DNA from: Bacteroidota bacterium
Lineage (GTDB): Bacteria; Bacteroidota; Ignavibacteria; UBA10030; UBA6906
Reading direction: 5' to 3'
Length of the DNA stretch: 45,079 bases
NCBI GenBank assembly: GCA_020846365.1
Contig: JADLEA010000019.1
Span: 1-45,079, forward strand
In this document: positions 38,754 through 45,079 of the stretch, piece after piece
Layout: every line of letters starts with the position of its first letter
Position numbering within the stretch: the stretch's first letter is position 1
The notes under the pieces: model-generated
Databases searched by the model: none
What the model was told of the DNA's origin: nothing
The model's input: only the letters and a program-made list of their open reading frames with translations
Program-made: the position numbers and the translations under genes

Positions 38754-41700
38754 TCACCAGATGAGCTGGGGGCATTTCCTCACCAGGATGTGCGTATCAC
38801 GGTTGCAGCCGACGGGGCCCCAGTAGTTGAAGTGATAAGTGAACTGGCCGTATCCTCCGACCATGAGGTTCGGTTTCAGCCGGGTCCGGGTGAGACTGTT
38901 GTGGCCGCCCGCCCTGCGGTTGTTGCGGAGCGGCGACTTGGGGACGGAATACGTTCGCTCCGGTGAATGGTAGATGATGCAGATGCCGCGGGGGATACGG
39001 GCACTCACCGCCGCACGCGTCACGACGACCCCGTGGTCATTGTACACCTCCACCCAGTCGTTGTCGTTCACGCCGATTTCCGCCGCATCTTTGTCATTCA
39101 TCCAGAACGGCTCTACGCCACGGGAAAGGGTCGTCATCCTCTGGTTGTCGCCGTACGTGGAGTGGATGTGCCACTTGCCATGCGGCGTGAGGTAGTTCAG
39201 CATCTTGGACGGGCCGGCCTCTTTGGTGAAACGGAGGTCAGCGTAGTGCACGGGTGCCGGCTTTGGTTTGTAGGTCGGAAGATGCTCGCCGAACTGAATG
39301 TATCCCGGGTGGTCCAGGTAGAAATGCTGTCGCCCTGTGAGCGTCCGCCAGGGCACCCGGGCCTCGATGTTGTAGGTAAAGGGAGAGTAGGCGCGGCCGT
39401 TCTCCGTCAGGCCGGACCACATCGGACTGTTCAGGAGTCGCATTGGCCGGCCCTGCAGCTCGCGGTATGAAATGCGGGTGCCGCGGTTCTTTTCGGCCAG
39501 ATGGACCAGCGGGAGCCCTACTTTTTCCTCCATGTTTTTGTACGATCGGTATGCGAGTTCGCCGTTCGTCACCGTGGCGAGACGCAGAATCGCGTCGCAG
39601 ACGTGAACGTCCTTGTTCAATGAGGGGTAGCGCCCTCCGTCAAACGACTCCACCGCACCGGTCTCCATCAACTCGTCGTAGAAGTCCTCAACGCCGTAGT
39701 GCGTCCCGTGTGCGCCGAGCCCGTTTGTCCGCACCAGGGGGCCGAGCGAGATAAACTGATGGTACACCTTCCTGTAGTCGCGCGTTACCACGGTCAGCTT
39801 TGGCATGGTCTTGCCAGGGATCGCCTCCGCATCCCCTGTGATCCATTCTTTCATCTGCGGCTGCGCGACCTCAGCGGGAGAATCGTGCGCGAGTGGGGTG
39901 GCAACAATATCTCTGACGGGCTCGGGGAAGTGGCGGCCCGCCAGCTCTGAAAACTTCCGCGCGATTGCCTTGAAGATGTCCCAGTCACTCCGGGATTCCC
40001 AACACGGCGGAACGGCTGCCGAAAGAGGATGGATGAAGCTGTGCATGTCGGTAGAATTCAGATCTGCCTTCTCATACCATGTCGCGGCCGGAAGCACGAT
40101 GTCCGAATACAGAGCGGAAGTGTCCATGCGAAAATTGAGATCAACGACGAGATCCAGTTTGCCGTGTGGGACCTTGTCGTGCCAGGTCACTTCGTGCACA
40201 TCGTCTTTGGCAATGTCCTCGGCCACGGCGTTGTCGTGCGTTCCGAGATAGTGGCGGAGGAAATACTCATGCCCCTTGCTGCTGGCCATCAGGGCATTGC
40301 CGCGCCAGATGTACCAAACGCGGGGCCAGTTTTCCGCAGCATCCGGGTCTTCGACGGAGAACTTGAGCGTCCGGGTCCTGAGCTGATCGACAACGCGGGA
40401 GATGATGTCTTCGGCTGACGAAGCGCCGCTCGCCTCAAGCTCCCGGACGAGATCCAGCGGGTTTCGCGCGAACTGCGGATAGAAGGGCAGCCAGCCGTTG
40501 CGGACCGCTCTTACCTGGGCGTCCATGGTGTGCCCCTGTGCCAGGGAACCCGCTTCCTGCTTCGCGGGCACCGTGTGGTAGTCGGTAAACCCTTTCTCGT
40601 ACCTCCACTGATCGGTGTGCACGTAGTGCCAGCTTGGGGCGTTCTGCAGTCTGGACGGCCCATACCAATCTTTGGCAAATGCTATGGCGCCCCAGGGCTC
40701 CCCGGGTGCCAGTTTCTCCTGTCCGACGTAGTGCGCAAGTCCGCCCCCGTTCACTCCAATGCAGCCGCAGAACATGAGAGCATGAATTCCCGCGCGGTAC
40801 ATCAGGTTTGCGTGATACCAGTGATTGATGCCTGCACCGATGATGATCGTGCATTTGCCGTTCGTATGCAGAGCGGTGCTCCCCCACTCCCTCGCGAACT
40901 TGATGACATCCTTCCGGTCGATCCCCGTGTACTTTTCCGACCAGGCGGGAGTAAACGGTTTCTCCGCATCATCGTAGTCGTCCGGATATTCCCCCTGCAA
41001 TCCGCGCGGGACCCCATACTGTGCCATGAGGATATCGTACACGGTGGCAACCGGGACCGTTGCCCGGTCGCCCGTCGGGATGAACCTGACCGGAACATGG
41101 CGGCAGTGGCTGGTCGCGTCGGCGAAGTTGTCGAACCGCACCGGGAGAGTGGTTGCCTCGCCGTCGAGGAACGAGAGCTGCGGGGCGATGGGAGTGCCAT
41201 CCAGGCCATCCTGGAGGACCAGGTTCCACTTCCCTTTTTCCGTCCCCCACCGGAAGCCCGAACTCCCCATGGGCATCTTCACCGATTGCGACTGCTCATC
41301 CCAGACGAGGAACTTCCACTCCGCGTTCTCCACCCCGGCGTATTTCTGCACACGGCCGGCACGGAGAAGTTGACCCGCTTCGTAAGTATCCCCGTCTCTG
41401 GTGAGTTCGACAAGGTAGGGCGCGTCGGTGTACTGTTTTGCGTACTCCAGGAAATAGGGTGTCTGCTTTTCGTGGTGGAACTCCTTCAGCAGCACATGGT
41501 TTACCGCCATCCACCAGGCACCGTCCTGGCCGGCGTTCACGGCAACCCAGTGGTCCGCGTATTTTGCCACCTGACTGAAATCCGGAGAGAACACATACAT
41601 CTTGGTCCCGTTGTGTCGTGCTTCCGCCGCGAAGTGGCAGTCGGGCGTGCGGGTCATGTTCAGGTTGGAGCCCATCACCGCGAGCAGCTTCGCATTGTAC

Positions 41701-42398
41701 CAATCAGCTGATTCCTGCACATCGGTCTGCTCTCCCCATGTCTCCGGGGAGGCGGGGGGAAGGTCGCAGTACCAGTCGTAGAAGGAGAGGGAGATGCCGC
41801 CCAGCAACTGCATCAGGCGTGCGCCGGCGGCATAGCTGATCATGGACATGGCAGGGATCGGGGAGAAGCCGGCAATGCGGTCGGGACCGTGTGTCTTGAT
41901 CGTGTGGATGTTCGCGGCGGCGGTAATCTCCAGGGCTTCGTCCCAGCTGGCGCGTCGAAATCCGCCCTTGCCGCGTGCGCGCTGCCACCGGCCGCGTGCG
42001 TCCGGATCCGAAACGAGCGCCTTCCATGCATCTACCGGGTCTTCATGCTCCGCACGCGCTTTGCGCCAGAGGTCCAGCAACGCGCCGCGGATGTACGGAT
42101 ACTTGACGCGCAGGGGGCTGTAAAGATACCAGGAGAAAGAAATGCCCCGCTGGCAACCCCGCGGCTCGTATGGCGGGAGACCGTGCTCCAGGGACGGGTA
42201 GTCGAGCCCCTGCATTTCCCATGTCACGATCCCATCTTTTACGTGAATCATCCATGTGCAGCTCCCCGTGCAATTGACGCCGTGCGTGCTCCGCACCACC
42301 TTGTCATGCTGCCAACGATTTCGATAGAACTCCTCCCAGCTGCGGAGGTGCACGTCGTCTTCGTCTTTGATCCAGCTGATATGGCCGGTGTCACTCAT
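38754..42398 (-). CDS. narG: Respiratory nitrate reductase alpha subunit (cytoplasmic nNar type, no Tat motif)
   Basis: I set the start at ATG 42398 ([15 protein letters not shown]...). The FS0 motif [11 protein letters not shown] is present. The Mo-ligand context [23 protein letters not shown] is conserved, with the Asp codon at 41764-41766. Length is 1214 aa. Confidence 0.95.
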   Translation of the reverse strand: MSDTGHISWIKDEDDVHLRSWEEFYRNRWQHDKVVRSTHGVNCTGSCTWMIHVKDGIVTWEMQGLDYPSLEHGLPPYEPRGCQRGISFSWYLYSPLRVKYPYIRGALLDLWRKARAEHEDPVDAWKALVSDPDARGRWQRARGKGGFRRASWDEALEITAAANIHTIKTHGPDRIAGFSPIPAMSMISYAAGARLMQLLGGISLSFYDWYCDLPPASPETWGEQTDVQESADWYNAKLLAVMGSNLNMTRTPDCHFAAEARHNGTKMYVFSPDFSQVAKYADHWVAVNAGQDGAWWMAVNHVLLKEFHHEKQTPYFLEYAKQYTDAPYLVELTRDGDTYEAGQLLRAGRVQKYAGVENAEWKFLVWDEQSQSVKMPMGSSGFRWGTEKGKWNLVLQDGLDGTPIAPQLSFLDGEATTLPVRFDNFADATSHCRHVPVRFIPTGDRATVPVATVYDILMAQYGVPRGLQGEYPDDYDDAEKPFTPAWSEKYTGIDRKDVIKFAREWGSTALHTNGKCTIIIGAGINHWYHANLMYRAGIHALMFCGCIGVNGGGLAHYVGQEKLAPGEPWGAIAFAKDWYGPSRLQNAPSWHYVHTDQWRYEKGFTDYHTVPAKQEAGSLAQGHTMDAQVRAVRNGWLPFYPQFARNPLDLVRELEASGASSAEDIISRVVDQLRTRTLKFSVEDPDAAENWPRVWYIWRGNALMASSKGHEYFLRHYLGTHDNAVAEDIAKDDVHEVTWHDKVPHGKLDLVVDLNFRMDTSALYSDIVLPAATWYEKADLNSTDMHSFIHPLSAAVPPCWESRSDWDIFKAIARKFSELAGRHFPEPVRDIVATPLAHDSPAEVAQPQMKEWITGDAEAIPGKTMPKLTVVTRDYRKVYHQFISLGPLVRTNGLGAHGTHYGVEDFYDELMETGAVESFDGGRYPSLNKDVHVCDAILRLATVTNGELAYRSYKNMEEKVGLPLVHLAEKNRGTRISYRELQGRPMRLLNSPMWSGLTENGRAYSPFTYNIEARVPWRTLTGRQHFYLDHPGYIQFGEHLPTYKPKPAPVHYADLRFTKEAGPSKMLNYLTPHGKWHIHSTYGDNQRMTTLSRGVEPFWMNDKDAAEIGVNDNDWVEVYNDHGVVVTRAAVSARIPRGICIIYHSPERTYSVPKSPLRNNRRAGGHNSLTRTRLKPNLMVGGYGQFTYHFNYWGPVGCNRDTHILVRKCPQLIW

Positions 42399-43323
42399 GC
42401 GCAATCTCCAGTCGTTTCTTCCGTACCAAATCCCGCCGTACGGTGCGGAAGCGTTTTCCCCATACGACATCCAGCAGGCCCATGATGAGGAGTGTGCCGG
42501 CAAGCCCGACGAGAATGAAGTTGAGCCGGGCTGGGGAAATATCGTCGGGGTTGCGCGCAAGTGTGCTCTGGAAATAGGCGACAATCGCAAGCACTTCATC
42601 GCTGTGGAGGGGCGCGCGGGTGTACAGTGAACTCATGGTGGGTGTTTGCGGGGCGGAAAGCCACGCCGAGAGAGTCTTGCGCCCCTGGTACCGCTCCAGA
42701 ACAGTCGTGAGGTCAGGGGCAAGGGTCCCACCGCCGAAAAACGTGAATCCCTGAACGGTGTGACACGACATGCAGGCCGGACCTCCGTTTTTCAACGGCA
42801 GAGAGCCCACAAAGACCCGCCTGCCCCACTCGACGTCTTCGGGCGTGAACGGCCGGTCACTGACTTGCGTCCCCGCAAACTGCGAACGTGAAAGCTGTGA
42901 TTCTGCCTGAATCAGATCCAGCAACGCCTCGGCGCGAAGGCGGGTCATTCCCTGAAGGCTCGGCATAACGACGCCGCGCGACGCTTTGACAAGCTCTTGC
43001 GCGTAAGGATCGCCGGCATCGATCATGCTCTTGGGGTCTTGGATGAACTGAATCAACCATGACCGCTCCTTCCGCCGCGCGACGTCTTTGAGATCAGGTC
43101 CGGTCAGCCGCCCGCCTCCGATCGTGTGGCAACTCTGGCAGTTGTTCCGGAAATCCACGGAGACATCCTGTGCAAGCATTTCCGGGACCGGCAGCATCAC
43201 GCACAGCGCCCATAGTGCCGCCCCCGGGAGGGCCACATGGCGCCAGCCCTCCCGTACGCGGAAGGCACATCTGGATGGAGAATGCGACCACGGACGGCTG
43301 GACCTCTCGACGGCAGGGTGCAC
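42391..43323 (-). CDS. narC: NarC-like membrane-anchored diheme cytochrome c
   Basis: 310 aa. GTG 43323 is preceded by AGGAGG at an 8-nt spacing. Features are a signal-like N-terminus, two CXXCH motifs (CQSCH at 43126-43140, and CMSCH) and a C-terminal TM helix ([20 protein letters not shown]). Its stop overlaps the narG start by 8 nt. Confidence 0.75.
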   Translation of the reverse strand: MHPAVERSSRPWSHSPSRCAFRVREGWRHVALPGAALWALCVMLPVPEMLAQDVSVDFRNNCQSCHTIGGGRLTGPDLKDVARRKERSWLIQFIQDPKSMIDAGDPYAQELVKASRGVVMPSLQGMTRLRAEALLDLIQAESQLSRSQFAGTQVSDRPFTPEDVEWGRRVFVGSLPLKNGGPACMSCHTVQGFTFFGGGTLAPDLTTVLERYQGRKTLSAWLSAPQTPTMSSLYTRAPLHSDEVLAIVAYFQSTLARNPDDISPARLNFILVGLAGTLLIMGLLDVVWGKRFRTVRRDLVRKKRLEIAHE

Positions 43324-43345
43324 GGATCAGGCCTCCTGTCCTGAT

Positions 43346-43367
43346 ATTCAGACTGAATTGTCTGAAT
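43346..43367. promoter_or_regulatory. Perfect inverted repeat in the narC leader
   Basis: ATTCAGAC-TGAATT-GTCTGAAT (8-bp arms, 6-bp spacer), 23-44 nt upstream of the narC GTG. Confidence 0.35.
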
Positions 43368-43428
43368 TTATCCCACAACAAGATGCCCTGCAGGCATCGT
43401 TGGACTCTATATCAGACTATTTCGTCGG

Positions 43429-43457
43429 AATATACTCGTGCGGATCGTGAATGTCAA
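43429..43457 (-). promoter_or_regulatory. Sigma70-type promoter candidate for the nar(-act) operon
   Basis: The minus strand reads TTGACA (43457-43452), a 17-nt spacer, then TATATT (43434-43429), about 105 nt upstream of narC. Confidence 0.45.
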
Positions 43458-43464
43458 GGGGGGA

Positions 43465-43514
43465 AAGAAAAAAACATCCGCAAACGTCAGTGCCGCCCCG
43501 GAGAGAGGCGGCAC
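43465..43514 (-). terminator. Possible terminator after the cupredoxin gene
   Basis: The minus strand has GTGCCGCC-TCTCTCCGG-GGCGGCAC (8-bp stem, 43490-43514), followed about 14 nt later by a T7 run. That T-tract spacing is non-canonical. Confidence 0.4.
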
Positions 43515-43589
43515 TTTCGCACCCGCGTCATGTGCAAGCACGCATCTCAGCGTATGACCGAGCTGACCCGCAGAACACACGCCGGCTCC

Positions 43590-44243
43590 CTACCGCACAA
43601 GCACCATGGTTCTCGTGCTCGAAAAGCCGGATGCCGAAAGCTGGTAGACGTAGATCCCGCTCGGCAGATTGCTGGCGTCAAAGGTCACTACGTGATTCCC
43701 CGCATTCCTCAACCCATTCACCAGCTCCGCCACCTCCTGTCCGATCAGGTTGAACACAGCGAGCTTCACCCAGGATGCCGCAACACCGGGGACCTGATAT
43801 CCGATCGTGGTGGAGGGGTTGAACGGGTTGGGATAGTTTTGCCGTAGCTCGAACCTCCCGGGCTGCGCCGTCCCCTCGTCAACCGCACTGACCACCGCAA
43901 TGAACGAGCCGCTCATCCCCGGTCCGTGCGAGTCGCAGGTATAATTGTAGTTGCCCGGGGCAGGCACGACATAGTTGAACACGGATCCGGATGCGCTGGT
44001 GAATGCCCCCGCACCCGCCGGTACCGCGGTCGAACTCAGCGGATGAAATCCGAAATCCCCCTGCCACCGTACCGTGTCGCCTACCGCCACGGCCAGCTCG
44101 TTCGGTGTGTACGAGTTCCCGAATTCACCGCCGAACCGGATGACATGCACTGTCGCTCCCGCCTCCGACGGTGAGAGCACTGCAACAAGTACCGCGGCCC
44201 GAAACACCCATGCGGTATACATCGACCACCGACTGCCCTTCAT
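43590..44243 (-). CDS. Cupredoxin (type-1 blue copper, plastocyanin/pseudoazurin-like) protein with a T9SS C-terminal sorting domain
   Basis: I set the start at ATG 44243, which has AGGAGG upstream and gives a signal peptide (MKGSRWSMYTAWVFRAAVLVAVLSPSEA). Candidate Cu ligands are His in GFHPL and C-X2-H-X3-M in YTCDSHGPGMSG. The tail QNYPNPFNPSTTIGYQ...SGIYVYQL...TMVLVR matches the type A T9SS C-terminal sorting domain (CTD). Confidence 0.75.
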   Translation of the reverse strand: MKGSRWSMYTAWVFRAAVLVAVLSPSEAGATVHVIRFGGEFGNSYTPNELAVAVGDTVRWQGDFGFHPLSSTAVPAGAGAFTSASGSVFNYVVPAPGNYNYTCDSHGPGMSGSFIAVVSAVDEGTAQPGRFELRQNYPNPFNPSTTIGYQVPGVAASWVKLAVFNLIGQEVAELVNGLRNAGNHVVTFDASNLPSGIYVYQLSASGFSSTRTMVLVR

Positions 44244-44550
44244 CTGCCCCTCCTCTTGAGAATGCGTGACTTCGTGAACGTTTAGCTCTAAGACGTATTC
44301 ACCATAACAGGAGAACCGGTGCATCAGTTCCTCCGAGAACCCCCGGCGGGGGAAAGGACTATGTGGACTGGATGGGACATGAGGCATCCGGCGCGATCGT
44401 CCACGCCACAGAACGAGCGTCAGGTCCAACCCCGTCGGTCTGGTAGTCCAAACCCATCGGTTCAGTCGCGTTCGCCTGCCACAACCCGTATCTTGACAGG
44501 AAGTATCAGGCCGTTTCGTCTCGTCGCCCACAGTACGCCAGGAGAGTTGC

Positions 44551-45079
44551 ATGCCCCTGAAACACGCTCTGCTCGTCTTCTCGCTGTTGGTGCCGTGGTT
44601 CACCGGTGCCGCACAGAGGGAGTCTCCCAAAGGGACCATGAAAGGCAGGGTTATCGACGCCGACTCCAGGATTGAGATCCCCGGGGCGCATGTGATGATC
44701 CAAGGAACAGCGATTGGGACGGCCACAGATGAAAACGGGGAGTTCATCTTCAAGGACGTGCCCGTGGGTACCTACGCCCTCCGATGCAGCCACATCAGCT
44801 ACGAGACGCTCGTGAAGACTGACCTTATCGTGGGGTCCCCCCGGACCACGTACGTGCGGGTGGAGATGCGTAGTGCCGCGGTCGAGATTGCGCCGGAAAC
44901 CATCACGGCCGGCTACTTCGCCGCTACCCGGGTGAAGCCCCTGAGCGCTCTTGCCTTCTCTTCAGAGGAAATACGCAGGGCCCCGGGCGCAGCCGGAGAC
45001 ATCAGTCGCATCATCTTCGGCCTTCCTTCTCTTGCCAAAGTGAATGACACCAAAAACTCCCTCATCGTTCGGGGCGGAA
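44551..45079 (+). CDS. TonB-dependent receptor (CarboxypepD_reg domain plus start of the plug). The 3' end runs off the window, and the gene is absent from the ORF track.
   Basis: My own translation from ATG 44551 (GGAG upstream) reads MPLKHALLVFSLLVPWFTGAAQ...GRVIDADSRIEIPGAHVMIQGTAIGTATDENGEFIFKDVPVGTYALRCSHISYE...SSEEIRRAPGAAGDISRIIFGLPSLAKVNDTKNSLIVRGG. The frame is open to the window end. Confidence 0.8.
   Translation, partial: MPLKHALLVFSLLVPWFTGAAQRESPKGTMKGRVIDADSRIEIPGAHVMIQGTAIGTATDENGEFIFKDVPVGTYALRCSHISYETLVKTDLIVGSPRTTYVRVEMRSAAVEIAPETITAGYFAATRVKPLSALAFSSEEIRRAPGAAGDISRIIFGLPSLAKVNDTKNSLIVRGG

Noticed and set aside
26632-41711. Numerous long alternative-frame or antisense ORFs, for example 26632..27600, 27929..29017, 30563..31684, 35005..36081 and 40530..41711. 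Elsewhere in the window, 8480..9232, 16353..17465 and 18555..19610 are of the same kind.
   Set aside because: These are typical shadow ORFs of GC-rich coding DNA. Their products are Arg/Pro/Gly-rich and low in complexity with no motifs, and each is fully nested in a confidently assigned gene.
38754-42398. Idea that NarGH is a nitrite oxidoreductase (NXR), with ACIII used for reverse electron flow
   Set aside because: The gene order is the canonical narGHJI plus narK, with no nxrX-like insertion, and the NarC context matches Thermus nitrate respiration. NarG and NxrA cannot be separated by eye, so only a phylogeny could reopen this idea.
42399-42599. In-frame N-terminal extension of narG (track ORF starts at 42599)
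   Set aside because: It would overlap narC by about 200 nt. The NarG homology begins right after the Met at 42398, and an 8-nt coupled overlap is the more typical arrangement.
43324-43589. FNR/DNR box (TTGAT-N4-ATCAA) or NarL heptamers at the nar promoter
   Set aside because: I scanned both strands and found only a lone TTGAC, which is the -35 element itself. No acceptable dyad is present.
44281-44550. Cobalamin or another riboswitch upstream of the TonB-dependent receptor
   Set aside because: There are a few B12-like fragments (GGTGCATCAGTTCC, CGCCACAG). They are in the wrong order and spacing, and there is no B12 box.
44244-44753. N-terminal 170 aa of the 387-aa track ORF 43590..44753
   Set aside because: This part has no recognisable features and runs antisense through the TonB-receptor start. 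The cupredoxin has its own AGGAGG, ATG and signal peptide at 44243.
1-45079. Mobile elements, CRISPR arrays, tRNA/rRNA genes, and toxin-antitoxin or defence islands
   Set aside because: I saw no transposase or integrase-like ORF, no regularly spaced repeats, and no tRNA-like T-arm/acceptor pattern in any intergenic spacer. The stand-alone NYN protein has no partner gene that would suggest a toxin-antitoxin or defence system.

Overview
This is a GC-rich, gene-dense chromosomal fragment. It probably comes from an outer-membrane-bearing FCB-group bacterium, because one encoded protein carries a T9SS C-terminal sorting domain; that taxonomic guess is inference only. I found no rRNA, tRNA, CRISPR array, transposase or integrase.

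Gene content from left to right:
- 1-4.7 kb: a partial lipoprotein of unknown function, a Tat-signal aldo/keto reductase, dodecin, a helix-hairpin-helix (HhH) protein and an NDH-2 type NADH dehydrogenase.
- 4.9-11.1 kb: a small Cys/His-rich membrane protein followed by a heavy-metal RND efflux operon (outer-membrane factor, adaptor, CusA/CzcA-like pump).
- 11.3-17.5 kb: an OmpA-type lipoprotein, then a glycan-utilisation group (MFS transporter, DUF1080 protein, Tat-exported Gfo/Idh/MocA oxidoreductase, GH29 fucosidase).
- 17.5-24.5 kb: a stand-alone NYN-domain protein and a second efflux operon (TetR, adaptor, RND pump, TolC).
- 24.6-26.5 kb: a ferredoxin::DUF4405 fusion, a Crp/Fnr regulator and a DUF1428 protein.
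- 26.7-43.3 kb: the most notable region. A Thermus-type narC-narG-narH-narJ-narI-narK respiratory nitrate reductase operon runs straight into a complete Alternative Complex III cluster (actABCDEF). All 12 genes lie on the minus strand and most junctions overlap.
- 43.6-45.1 kb: a gene for a type-1 copper (cupredoxin) protein with a T9SS sorting tail sits just upstream of the nar promoter, followed by a partial TonB-dependent receptor at the right edge.

All functional calls come from reading the translated motifs and the gene order. No database search was possible.
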